Assembly: GCA_002269645.1 (NCBI GenBank)
Contig: NIVC01002102.1
Span: forward strand, 124,001-188,000
DNA: 64,000 nucleotides
Reading direction: 5' to 3'
From: Macrostomum lignano
Lineage: Eukaryota
This document shows positions 37,625-49,795 of the stretch, in pieces (positions within the stretch are counted from its first letter, which is position 1; each line of letters begins with the position of its first letter). The notes beneath the pieces are model-generated. The model was not told the DNA's origin, did not search any database, and worked only from the letters and a program-made list of their open reading frames with translations. Position numbers and translations under genes: made by a program.

Positions 37625-40162
37625 GACATCTGTAGACACCCAAATGAGACATCTACAGACACTCAAATAAGATATCTACAGACACCCAAATAAGATATCT
37701 ACAGACACCCAAATAAGATATCTACAGACACCCAAAAAAGATATCTACAGACACCCAAATAAGATATCTACAGACACTCAAATGAGACATCTACAGACAC
37801 TCAAGCAAGACATCTACAGACACCCAAATAAGATATCTACAGACACTCAAATAAAATATCTACAGACACTCAAATAAGATATCTACAGACACTCAAATGA
37901 GACATCTACAGACACTCAAGCAAGACATCTACAGACACCCAAATAAGATATCTACAGACACTCAAATAAGATATTTACAGACACCCAAATAAGATATCTA
38001 CAGACACTCAAATGAGACATCTACAGACACTCAAGCAAGACATCTACAGACACCCAAATAAGACATCTGCAGACACTCAAATGAGATTATCTACAGACAC
38101 CCAAATAAGACATCTACAGACACTCAAATGAGACATCTACAGACACCCAAATAAGATATCTACAGACACTCAAATAAGACATCTGCAGACACTCAAATGA
38201 GATTATCTACAGACACCCAAATAAGACATCTACAGACACCCAAATAAGAAATCTGCAGACACTCAAAAAAGAAATCTACAGACACCCAAATAAGAAATCT
38301 ACAGACACCCAAATAAGAAATCTACAGACACCCAAATAAGATATCTACAGACACCCAAAAAAGATATCTACAGACACCCAAATAAGATATCTACAGACAC
38401 TCAAATGAGACATCTACAGACACTCAAGCAAGACATCTACAGACACCCAAATAAGATATCTACAGACACTCAAATAAAATATCTACAGACACTCAAATAA
38501 GATATCTACAGACACTCAAATGAGACATCTACAGACACTCAAGCAAGACATCTACAGACACCCAAATAAGATATCTACAGACACTCAAATAAGATATTTA
38601 CAGACACTCAAATAAGATATTTACAGACACTCAAATAAGATATCTACAGACACTCAAATAAGATATTTACAGACACTCAAATAAGATATCTACAGACACT
38701 CAAATAAGATATTTACAGACACCCAAAAAAGATATCTACAGACACTCAAATAAGATATCTACAGACACTCAAATAAGATATTTACAGACACTCAAATAAG
38801 ATATCTACAGACACTCAAATAAGATATTTACAGACACTCAAATAAGATATCTACAGACACTCAAATGAGACATCTACAGACACTCAAGCAAGACATCTAC
38901 AGACACCCAAATAAGATATCTACAGACACTCAAATAAGATATTTACAGACACCCAAATAAGATATCTACAGACACTCAAATGAGACATCTACAGACACTC
39001 AAGCAAGACATCTACAGACACCCAAATAAGACATCTGCAGACACTCAAATGAGATTATCTACAGACACCCAAATAAGACATCTACAGACACTCAAATGAG
39101 ACATCTACAGACACCCAAATAAGATATCTACAGACACTCAAATAAGACATCTGCAGACACTCAAATGAGATTATCTACAGACACCCAAATAAGAAATCTA
39201 CAGACACCCAAATAAGAAATCTACAGACACCCAAATGAGACATCTACAGACACCCAAATAAGAAATCTACAGACACTCAAATAAGAAATCTACAGACACC
39301 CAAATAAGAAATCTACAGACACCCAATTAAGAAATCTACAGACACTCAAATAAGATATCTACAGACACTCAAATGAGACATCTACAGACACTCAAATAAG
39401 ATATCTACAGACACTCAAATAAGATATTTACAGACACTCAAATAAGATATTTACAGACACTCAAATAAGATATTACAGACACTCAAATAAGATATTACAG
39501 ACACTCAAATAAGATCTACAGACACTCAAATGAGACATCTACAGACACTCAAGCAAGACATCTACAGACACCCAAATAAGATATTTACAGACACCCAAAT
39601 AAGATATTTACAGACACTCAAATAAGATATTTACAGACACTCAAATAAGATATTTACAGACACTCAAAAAGGATATTTACAGACACTCAAATAAGATATC
39701 TACAGACACTCAAATAAGATATTTACAGACACTCAAATAAGATATTTACAGACACTCAAATAAGATATTTACAGACACTCAAATAAGATATCTACAGACA
39801 CTCAAATAAGATATCTACAGACACTCAAATAAGAAATCTACAGACACTCAAATAAGATATTTACAGACACTCAAATAAGATATCTACAGACACTCAAATA
39901 AGATATTTACAGACACTCAAATAAGATATTTACAGACACTCAAATAAGATATCTACAGACACTCAAATGAGACATCTACAGACACTCAAGCAAGACATCT
40001 ACAGACACCCAAATAAGAAATCTACAGACACTCAAATAAGACATCTACAGACACTTAAATGAGACATCTACAGACACCCAAATAAGAAATCTACAGACAC
40101 TCAAATAAGACATCTACAGACACCCAAATAAGAAATCTACAGACACTCAAATAAGACATCTA
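37625..40162. repeat. 23-bp minisatellite (agatatctacagacactcaaata), ~110 copies
   Basis: Period 23 (38581 to 38604); variant blocks recur. Confidence 0.97.
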
Positions 40163-40195
40163 CAGATAGTTAACCACCCAGTTTAAGAGACAAAC

Positions 40196-40575
40196 CTTCT
40201 CTTGCGCAATCAATCTAGCCAGTTCTTCTTCTCTATCAGCCTTCCGCGTTCTTAACTCTGCCAGGAGGCTGCGCAGCTCCCTGTACCGCTCCAGCAGCCG
40301 GCGCCGCTCGCCAGAACTCAACTTCCTCAAAGGCCGCAAAGTGTTGCCGCTGCTGCCGCCGCTGCCGATGGTCAGCTGGCACAGGTGTCTGGCGTGCTGC
40401 TGCTGGCGCAGATGCCTGGATGTAGCCGCTTTGATTGCCGCCGACTGTTGCAACAGATCCGACGATGTCGAAGAGCCGACGCTCTGCTGCGACAGCGAGC
40501 AACAGTCGTCGCTGGGGTCGGTCAGGATACTTGGCAACTGGGCTGGGAGCCGGTTCACACTCTGCGAGCTGTTAT
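40196..40575 (-). CDS. frmd4: FRMD4-like exon 7
   Basis: ctttcag|AT AAC to AAG|gtttgt; ends in coiled coil ERYRELRSLLAELRTRKADREEELARLIAQEK. Confidence 0.8.
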
Positions 40576-41344
40576 CTGAAAGATTCGCAAAAGTCGCGCG
40601 GAGTAACTAAAAAGCTAATATCAATATTTTTACTACTAGTAGAGCATCGCGTACACCCTCGTTGTTTTTATTAGTTAGAATTTAAATGATTTTTGCTACA
40701 TTTCTACTATCAGTAGTGTATCAAGTATATCAAATAAAAGCTCATTATTAATTTTATTCTCAACACTAATCACACAACAGTTAGGTCGCTAAATTAGTAG
40801 TTTAAAAAGGTCCCGGGTTCGATTCTGTAAAAATACACTCACAAGTCTATTTTCGAGTCTTATATTTAAGTACGCTAATTATGCGGTCAAGAAGCAGAAT
40901 CAGTACTTTGGAGGTCCCGAGTTCGAATCTTAACAAATTTATTTACCCATTAATATATATAGAGCTCTAATTTAATAGAGCTCATGAATAGGATACATTA
41001 GCAAGAATGGAGGTCCCGGGTTCGATTCGCAATAGCGAATCATACTCTCAATCGTTGATTTATTGTAGGCTGGAATGCGGCTGACTGGATTAACTGGAAA
41101 GCAGGAAACTTGAAGCGCAGTAGAAAACATTCTGACTGCACTGCACCCAACCTAAATCACACTGTATCAGACACTATATGCTTAGTGCATTAATACTAAA
41201 GTAATATGCTCGGGCACGCCAGAGGAAAATGAATCTAAGCAATTAACTTATGCGTAGAACTTGCAGTGCCCCGCCAACACAAGCGCTTCCATAAATCTCC
41301 ACTGTATAAGGGGCTTGTCCATAGTGCAAGTATTCTAATATAAT

Positions 41345-41490
41345 TTCAGGTTAATAACAGGGAAATTCTCAGGTTAATAACAGGGAAATTCTCAGGCTAA
41401 TAACAGGGAAATTCTCAGGCTAATAACAGGAAAAATTCTCAGGTTAAAAACAGGGAAATTCTCAGGTCAATAACAGTGTGACTCTCAGGT
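41345..41490. repeat. 23-bp repeat (aggttaataacagggaaattctc), ~6 copies
   Basis: Direct tandem copies next to the exon 6 donor. Confidence 0.85.
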
Positions 41491-41530
41491 TAACAGGCGG
41501 CAAACAGGTTACAGAAGCACTTATTCTTAC

Positions 41531-41708
41531 ACAGAGCCGGATGCTGCGATGTTTTCAGATCGCGCAGACTTCTACCGCCCGCGCTGCTACTACCTGAATG
41601 AAAGGTGGCGGTTGCTAAGGCGTTGTCAGGCGGCGTAACCACAACAGGCAGCTCAATGTTGGAGGGACTCGCTGTTGAAGTGGCGTCAGTGGCTGACGCC
41701 AGAGACAC
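41531..41708 (-). CDS. frmd4: FRMD4-like exon 6
   Basis: ttctcccag|GTG TCT ... CTG T|gtaaga; phases 0/1 fit neighbours. Confidence 0.65.
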
Positions 41709-42479
41709 CTGGGAGAATAGCAAATGTGTAACTGACTGAAGTTATGGCCATAGAATAAAGTACTATAAGCAACATTCGGTCTAACTAATACGGTTTAGGC
41801 TTAAATATTTGTGGTAGAAAATTACCAATATTGAGCGACTGATCAGATTTAACACATTCATTATGTGGCTACTCTATTCTTATAGACTAGGAATAGAATA
41901 GATAGCACAGGAATAGAATGGATAGACTATGAATAGAATGGATAGCTAATCTAGCCAACAAAGAAGTCAGAGAACTTTATCCAGACTCACAAGGTTGTAC
42001 GATCCGTGTCGTTTTTTCACGATTCTGATGTGCATTTTAGCAATATTTTTAGCTAGAGGAAATATAAGCAGAAAAATATGCTACCATGGAATAATATACA
42101 CCTACGGGTTGATATGCCAGAATTGCTTCCCGTATGGAACCAGGTAAAAAAGTAGTTAGAATTTGCGCAGTCAACTTATATATACATATATACTGTAGAA
42201 TTTTCTGGCTCCTTCTCTTTCAGATTTCATGCCTCCATAGTTTCAGTCAATCAACACCTCTCGTCGCCCTTGCTCCAAGTTTTCTACCCTCTTTCGATAA
42301 GCACGTTGGGCTAAACTTAGTGAGCTTGCTTAATTAGCAGTCTTTAAGCATCTCTTTTTAATGCCTATTGGCGACGTTTTCTACCTTTTAGTGATAACAA
42401 TAAACAGTGTACAACGCCGACACACGCAACTAAGCAAGAAAATTTCTAATTTGTCCGAAATAGTTTTGTACATAGGACA

Positions 42480-43480
42480 GTTGTGTTTCAAGGCGGTACA
42501 AGGTCGATTGTGTCTCAAGGCGGTACAAGGTTGATTGTGTATCAAGGCGGTACAAGGTTGATTGTGTATCAAGGCGGTACAAGGTTGATTGTGTATCAAG
42601 GCGGTACAAGGTCGATTGCGTCTCAAGGCGGTAAAGGGTAGATTGTGTCTCAAAGCGGTAAAGGTCAATTGTGTCTCAAGGCGGTAAAAGGTCAATTGTG
42701 TCTCAAAGCGGTAAAAAGTCAATTGTGTCTCAAGGCGGTACAAGGTCGATTGTGTCTCAAGGCGGTAAAAGGTCAATTGTGTCTCAAGGCGGTAAAAGGT
42801 CAATTGCGTCTCAAAGCGGTAAAAGGTCAATTGTGTCACAAGGCGGTAAAAGGTCAATTGTGTCTCAAGGCGGTACAAGGTCAATTGTGTCTCAAGGCGG
42901 TAAAAGGTCAATTGCGTCTCAAGGCGGTACAAGGTCAATTGTGTCTCAAGGCGGTAAAAGGTCAATTGTGTCTCAAGGCGGTAAAAGGTCAATTGTGTCT
43001 CAAGGCGGTACAAGGTCAATTGTGTCTCAAGGCGGTACAAGGTCAATTGTGTCTCAAGGCGGTAAAAGGTCGATTGTTTCTCAAGGCGGTACAAGGTCGA
43101 TTGTTTCTCAATGTGGTACAAGGTCGATTGTTTCTCAAGGCGGTACAAGGTCGATTGTTTCTCAAGGCGGTACAAGGTCGATTGTTTCTCAAGGTGGTAC
43201 AAGGTCGATTGTTTCTCAAGGTGGTACAAGGTCGATTGTTTCTCAAGGTGGTACAAGGTCGATTGTGTCTCAAGGTGGTACAAGGTCGATTGTGTCTCAA
43301 GGTGGTACAAGGTCGATTGTGTCTCAAGGTGGTACAAGGTCGATTGTGTCTCAAGGTGGTACAAGGTCGATTGTGTCCCAAGGTGGTACAAGGTCGATTG
43401 TGTCTCAAGGTGGTACAAGGTCAATTGTGTCCCAAGGTGGTAAAAGCTCGATTGTGTTTCAAGGCAGTACAAGGTCGATA
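42480..43480. repeat. 27-bp minisatellite (caaggcggtacaaggtcgattgtgtct), ~37 copies
   Basis: 9-aa periodicity in the ORF track. Confidence 0.97.
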
Positions 43481-44027
43481 GTACGTCGAGGCGGTAAAAA
43501 GTCGAGTTTAAAGCTCTCTCTTTTAGTCTCTCCGATAAGCACGTTCTTCCGATTCTAATTAGCAACTTAAAAATCTAAACGTGCGTTCCATCATGTAGGG
43601 CTATCCATGTTGCAGTTATGCAATACTCGCAATAAATAATTAACAGCTCGGCAACAAGCCTTCTAGACGTATTGTAGAAGATAAATAAGTTGGACCAGGG
43701 CTGCTTGGGACAGCGCAAAATAAGTCGAGGAAAAGGATTAAAAGTGCATTCGTTGCACCAACTTCACAGAGGCATGAAAAGGGTGGCAGGCAGGAAGAAG
43801 GAAAGAGAATAATAACAGAATATTGACTGGAACTGTAGCGGTGATGAGTCATGCAGTCATTACTTATTGGTTGAAAATACATTTAGGCTCTGCACGGGCT
43901 GGGCACGAGAGGGAATGCTAGCGCAGCGCTTGGCCGATATCAGACACCAAGGACTTTCAAGGCCTAGCTTCTGGATTGGAACCAGACAATACAATTATTC
44001 AGTCTAGAAATATAATAGCACAAATTA

Positions 44028-44460
44028 AGTGGCGATTCTCATGACCGTTAAGTGGCGATTCTCATGACCGTTAAGTGGCGATTCTCATGACCGTTAAGTG
44101 ACGATTCTCATGACCGTTAAGTGGCGATTCTCATGATTGTTAAGTGGCGATTTTCATGACCGTTAAGTGGCGATTCTCATGACCGTTAAGTGGCGATTCT
44201 CATGACCGTTAAGTGGCGATTCTCATGACCGTTAAGTGGCGATTCTCATGACCGTTAAATGACGATTCTCATGGTCGTTAAGTGGCGATTCTCATGACCG
44301 TTAAGTGGCGATTCTCATGACCGTTAAGTGGCGATTTTCATGACCGTTAAGTGGCGATTCTCATGACCGTTAAGTGGCGATTTTCATGACCGTTAAGTGG
44401 CGATTCTTATAACCATTAAGTGGCGATTCTCATGGTCTTTAAGTGGCCATTCTCATGGCC
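44028..44460. repeat. 23-bp minisatellite (ttaagtggcgattctcatgaccg)
   Basis: About 18 copies, decaying to the right. Confidence 0.95.
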
Positions 44461-45436
44461 CTAAGTAGCGTTTCTCATGACCTCTCATGACGGTTTCATC
44501 TCGGGGCGATTAAATGGCAATTCTCAGGGCCATCTAGTAGCGATTATCAATGCAGTAAAGTGGCTATCAATAAGGTGGTAAAGTGACGATTCTTTTTCAC
44601 GCCAAGGAGTCAATAAGATTTGACAAGCCATTTGTCGTGGCGATCAAGTGACGAACCTTAGTCCGATTATCTCAGGCTGATTAACAGGCAATTGCCAAGG
44701 CCGTTATATCCATCATCTGGACTGGCAACTAAGCAGAGAAACTTATTTGTTCGATTCAGCTCTATCGAGAGGGGGTTGCCTGTGTGCGCACGAGAGCGCT
44801 GAACTTGGGGGGCAGGCGGGTCAAAGCTAGGCTATGCATGCTAACTAGAATCCCAGGGAAGCCATTAGTCACCTAGTACAGAAATAAAATCCTTATACTG
44901 TAGCTACAATAAAACACTGGGAAGAAGCCGCCGCGCTATCCAGGTCCCAGATTACGAAATGGAGATGGGAAAAGAAGGAGTTAAGCGCAATCCATCCGTA
45001 TCCCATGGGATATCCGATATCTATCGCTATATGTATAGAAAAACTTAGTTCATTTATACCATAGGGATCTCAATGGGTCAGGAAAGGTCAAAATAGGTCT
45101 GTTAGATAAAAAACTCTCAAACTGGCATATTTTATTATATGTATCTGACTCGCGTGTCCTTGTTAAGACTTGGAACAAAGAAAGGCAGCTCTAAGCCCCT
45201 AAGCTTTGTTAACTCTGTAAATATAAAATTTTTCGCTAACAAATAATAAGCATGAGTGAATTGTTCCCTCATTCAGAAGAATTCCCCTATCTGAATAATT
45301 CCTTAATCCAGAAGAATTCCCTGTCTGAATAATTCCCTCCGGATGAATTCCCCGCCTGAAAAATTCCCTCATCCAGAAGAATTCCCCGGCCTGAAAAATT
45401 CTCTAATCTTTAAAAATCAATCATTATAACTCTTAC

Positions 45437-45698
45437 CCTGTCCTCGCTGGCCCGCCGCCCGGCGCTGCCGCAGCCTTTTACTGACTCGGCATAGAAATCC
45501 ACAGACTGGTCATCGAATTTAATCAGAAACTCGTGCTGCGAGGTGGCGAAATCGAATATTCGCCGGGCAGTCTGGGCCGAGTCGGCGAACCAGCAGCGCG
45601 AAGCGATCCGGTCGCCTTTGCCGAAACTCCAACGGCTCAGGGGGGCTCTGCGGGGGCGGATCAAGGGGCGATCGATGCACGGCGATTGAAAGGCCGGC
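45437..45698 (-). CDS. frmd4: FRMD4-like exon 5 (end of FERM C-lobe)
   Basis: CWFADSAQTARRIFDFATSQHEF matches FRMD4 TWYACPALIKSIWAMAISQHQF; phase 2/0 sites. Confidence 0.85.
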
Positions 45699-45699
45699 C

Positions 45700-46315
45700 T
45701 GTAGTGCCCTTGATGAGGGGACACTACCTTAGCTACTACTAGTACAGGGCCCTTGATGAGGGGACACTACCTCAGCTACTACTAGTACAGGGCCCTTGAT
45801 GAGGGGACACTACCTCAGCTACTACTAGTACAGGGCCCTTGATGAGGGGACACTACCTTAGCTACTACTAGTACAGGGCCCTTGATGAGGGGACACTACC
45901 TCAGCTACTACTAGTACAGGGCCCTTGATGAGGGGACACTACCTCAGCTACTACTAGTACAGGGCCCTTGATGAGGGGACACTACCTCAGCTACTACTAG
46001 TACAGGGCCCTTGATGAGGGGACACTACCTCAGCTACTACTAGTACAGGGACCTGGATGAGGGGACACTACCCCAGCTACTACTAGTACAGGGACCTGGA
46101 TGAGGGGACACTACCTCAGCTACTACTAGTACAGGGCCCTGGATGAGGGGACACTACCTCAGCTACTACTAGTACAGGGCCCTGGATGAGGGGACACTAC
46201 CCCAGCTACTACTAGTACAGGGACCTGGATGAGGGGACACTACCTCAGCTACTACTAGTACAGGGCCCTGGATGAGGGGACACTACCTCAGCTACTACTA
46301 GTACAGGGCCCTGGA
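45700..46315. repeat. 43-bp minisatellite (gtacagggcccttgatgaggggacactacctcagctactacta), ~14 copies
   Basis: Period 43 (45721 to 45764); very homogeneous. Confidence 0.97.
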
Positions 46316-47310
46316 TTAATTCTTAAAAGCCACTCAATAAGATTTTGCTAGAAATACAAGCACGCGCTTAAAAAAGCCAATATTGAAGAGTCTATTATTA
46401 CGACTCTGTGCGCATAAACTACCCCAATTTTCTACTTAAAAGTAGTAAAATTGACATTTAAGCAATGGCTGAAATTTGCTAAAAGCATATCATGAATAAC
46501 GATTAACTAGCAAACGCGGATAGCATAAAATTGTACAGAAGTATAATTTGCAAGTAGCGCACAGTTCAGAATAAGTTTTAGCATAATTATTATCATGATC
46601 AGCAGTTAATGCGTGCCTCCGAGGTTGGGAGGGGGGGTCGTGCTAACACACACAGTTTTATTGATAGCATTGAAACAGAGTGAAAGGCGAGAGAGAAAGA
46701 GATAGATAGATAGAAAGACAAGGCCGGGGTGTAAAAGCAGCAATTTGCTTGGCTTAACGGCAAAGGTTTAACAGGCAACCCGGTTATATAGTAGGCTATA
46801 TCTAAAATGATAGAAAATGGAAGCTACAGAATAAAAGCCAAGAAGAAGCTACTAAAAGCAAAAGCAAGATGCTACAGAGATAGTCCAGAATCCGAAGCAG
46901 GCTTATAGCAAGATATATAAACTAAGAACAGTTTGGTCATATGGTGTCAACCTCTGCAGTTCACTAGCAGTGTTGCTGCTCGGGGGAGGAAGGCAGGGAT
47001 GCAGGCACTGATGGTAATCAACAGGAAAGCCCGAGTACAAAGCCCGTGCTGTTAAAATTTCTTCAAGTCCAAAAAGCAATTAACTAGCATGGCTTAAGCC
47101 TTAGTAGAACAGTCTTGATAACTTTTGGCTTGAAAATAATTTCAATTAATCCACTCTTAGAAAGTCTGATTGACTCCCCTGAGCAGGCACACACTCAGAC
47201 AGGAGTGTACAGCGGCCCTAACTTTATTTATCGTTAGGCATGTACACTTCACTGTGCCGTTAATTGCACGAGCAGAGCCAAGCCGAGATTCCAATTTAGC
47301 CCCAAATTAA

Positions 47311-47386
47311 TGCGACTGCACTTGGAATCGAGTCTGGGCCGCTGGCACACCAGAGCGCCGCGTTAGACCACTGGGCTACGGCCCTC
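47311..47386 (-). other. tRNA-like sequence (SINE head or tRNA pseudogene)
   Basis: Minus strand ggccgtagcccagtggtctaacgcgg...gactcgattcc has an A-box and a degenerate B-box. Confidence 0.4.
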
Positions 47387-47389
47387 CCC

Positions 47390-47790
47390 ATGGGATGGAT
47401 TATAGAATGAGGATTAAGACTCAGAATTAGATTGGGATTGAGATTAAGATCAATAATGGGATCGTGATTTGGGATCAATATTTTGGATCAAGAATGGGAT
47501 CAGGATTTGGGATCAAGATTGGGTATGGAGATGGGATCAGGATTGTGATCAAAAATGGGATCAGGATTGGGGATTAAGAATGAGATCGGGATTAGCTACA
47601 AGAATGGGATCAGGGTTAGAGATTAAGAATGGGATTAGGATTTGGATCAAGAATGGGATCAGGATTGGGGATTCATAATGGGATCGGGATTGGGCTTGAC
47701 TTAGCTGCAGGGCTGTCCCGGGGGGATTGGGATTGGGATCAGAATGGGGATGGAGAATGGGATCAAGATGGGTATGGAGAATTGTCCCGA
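47390..47790. repeat. Degenerate gggatcaggatt / 6-12 bp repeat
   Basis: Low-complexity GGGAT(T/C) motifs. Confidence 0.8.
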
Positions 47791-47830
47791 TCTGAATGGA
47801 TACTGGGGAAACTATTGAAAAGCAACTCAC

Positions 47831-48127
47831 TTTCTATCGCAGCGCACATCGATGGTGAACTTCCTATCCCGGCAGTAGATATTCTCCAGGCTACTCCAGG
47901 AATAGCAACACCGATAGTGCCGCCTGTCGTTATAATCGTAAACCGACACGCCCCGATGGCTAAAGCCTAGCCACCAGGGTAAGCCGCTCGAATCCGTGAC
48001 GCTGTACTGCGACTGACCGAAATTTGGCAGCCCAGAGGCCAGTCGCAGGTAGGCCCGTATGGCGTCTTCTCGGCTGCGCTGGCCGCTGTCAGACAGCTGG
48101 AGATAGGCGACCACCGTTTGCTGCTCG
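47831..48127 (-). CDS. frmd4: FRMD4-like exon 4 (FERM central and C-lobe)
   Basis: EQQTVVAYLQL...GLPWWLGFSHRGVSVYDYNDR...WSSLENIYCRDRKFTIDV matches FRMD4A GIPWWLGLSYKGIFQYDYHDK...WRQLENLYFREKKFSVEV; ccacag| and AA|gtgagt. Confidence 0.92.
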
Positions 48128-48239
48128 CTGTGGATCGGGTGGAGGGGGTGGCGGGCGAGGTTTGGCGTCGCTGGTCTCGTCTGCAGGCCCTGGTTTGGGT
48201 GGGACTGCTGTCCTCTGTGTCTGAACTCTGGCGTGTGTC

Positions 48240-48640
48240 TGTTTAGTGTCTGTCTGTCTCTCTCTAGTGTCTGCCTGTCTCTCTCTAATATCTGTCTGTC
48301 TCTCTCTAGTGTCTGCCTGTCTCTCTCTAGTGTCTGCCTGTCTCTCTAATGTCTGTCTGTCTCTCTCTAATATCTGTTTGTCTCTCTCTAGTGTCTGCCT
48401 GTCTCTATCTAATGTCTGTCTGTCTCTCTCTAATTCTGCCTGTCTCTAACTATGTCTGTCTGTCTCTCTCTAGTGTCTGCCTGTCTCTATCTAATGTCTG
48501 TCTGTCTCTCTCTAGTTTCTGCCTGTCTCTAACTATGTCTGTCTGTCTCTCTTTAGTGTCTGCCTGTCTCTCTCTAGTGTCTGTCTGTCTCTCTCTAGTG
48601 TCTGTCTGTCTCTCTCTAGTGTCTGTCTGTCTCTCTCAGC
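48240..48640. repeat. Degenerate ~21-bp minisatellite (ctagtgtctgcctgtctctct)
   Basis: Fills most of intron 3. Confidence 0.85.
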
Positions 48641-48677
48641 ATGTCCGGCAGGGTAAGGTCTGTGCCAGGCCACTCAC

Positions 48678-48761
48678 CAGTACTCAAGCGACGGGTGCCG
48701 CTGCAGCAGGCTGACGGGGAACAGACAGTGCTGCCTCAGATCGGCAATGGCCGTGGTATTG
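48678..48761 (-). CDS. frmd4: FRMD4-like exon 3
   Basis: NTTAIADLRQHCLFPVSLLQRHPSLEYC matches DLKKLPALPTQALKEHPSLAYC; 84 nt, phase 2/2. Confidence 0.87.
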
Positions 48762-48862
48762 CTATTTAGGCAAAAAATAGAATCGGATAATTCAATTAAA
48801 ATCCATGCGCACGAAACGTGGACACAATAATATTAATAACACAATTAATAAATATTGCTCAC

Positions 48863-49248
48863 TTAACAAAGTCGCCGTGCTCAGCCAGCAGCACCAGAGC
48901 GGCTAGTTGAAACACCTGTGCATCGCTGTCGCAGAGCAGATCGTCGTTATAAATTAACTGTCGGCACTGCAGATAGAACAGCTCGCTAAGCCGCCTGTCT
49001 GACAGCTCGGCCAGGCTTGGCGGGAAATGTTTAACGCGAAATTCTAATACTGGCGTGTCGCTTCGTTTGCAAGCTTCGCAGTCCAGCACTCGGAGTGGAC
49101 GGGGCAGCCAGCACAGGTTATTGCTAGCTGTGCTAGATAGGGAAGATTGCTGTTGCTGCTGCTGGAAGCAGAGGCCAAAGCAGCGCCTGTCTTGCAGCAT
49201 CAGCTGGGAGCAGACAAGGTCCAGTAGTTCGCTGGCAACCAGCTTGGG
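48863..49248 (-). CDS. frmd4: FRMD4-like exon 2 (FERM N and central lobes)
   Basis: PKLVASELLDLVCSQLMLQDRRCFGL...VFQLAALVLLAEHGDF matches PKLLAKELLDLVASHFNLKEKEYFGI...VFELASYILQEAKGDF. Confidence 0.92.
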
Positions 49249-49324
49249 CTGTTAGGATTTGATGTTTAAAAAATGTTAAAATTAAAGTTGAGTGGTTTAA
49301 TCCTCGATTAAGCTATAGGGAGTT

Positions 49325-49540
49325 TTAGCCTAGTGCTTGGAGCGTCGGACTCACGACTGGAAGGTCGGAGGTTCGATTCCCGATTCACTCGGAGGTCGGA
49401 ACAATTTGTGTCCTTGAGCAAGACAATTAAACTCTGCATTGCTTCAGTTCACCCAGCTGTAAAATGGGTGCCAGCATTAGCTGGGGTAATTGAGGGTGTG
49501 TGTGGCGACCCCCAGCACTTGGACTGAACAGCCGTACACA
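49325..49540 (+). mobile_element. tRNA-derived SINE, copy 2 (with A and B boxes)
   Basis: tagcctagtgc A-box at ~49326, ggttcgattcc B-box at 49370-49380, same core as copies 1 and 3. Confidence 0.82.
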
Positions 49541-49720
49541 AGCTCGAAACTTTATAGGCTCGAAATTTTACATTGTCAAAAAGTCTTGTCAGTCACATCA
49601 TAAGTTCGAATCTCAAAAACTCATATCCCTTTTTACATTTGCAGGCTAACAGGGCTAACAGGTAAGTGACCAAAAATGATTGAAGGTCTACAATAAAGCA
49701 AAATCCAAGGCGCAACTTAC

Positions 49721-49795
49721 CCTAACAAATATTGACACAGTGCTACCATCAAGCAGCAGTATTGAAACTTTCTTTCCTTCAGAACTAGAGAACAT
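49721..49795 (-). CDS. frmd4: FRMD4-like exon 1 (start codon)
   Basis: MFSSSEGKKVSILLLDGSTVSIFVR|gtaagt matches MTEGRRCQVHLLDDRKLELLVQ; an acceptor lies 2 nt before the ATG (cag|ccATG). Confidence 0.85.

Noticed and set aside
42295-43545. 13-bp direct repeat cgataagcacgtt flanking the 27-bp array as a possible TSD
   Set aside because: A single 13-mer match at this distance is plausible by chance across 64 kb, and no element termini were found
47311-47386. Functional tRNA gene
   Set aside because: T-loop lacks GTTC and the acceptor stem does not pair convincingly; kept only as a tRNA-like relic
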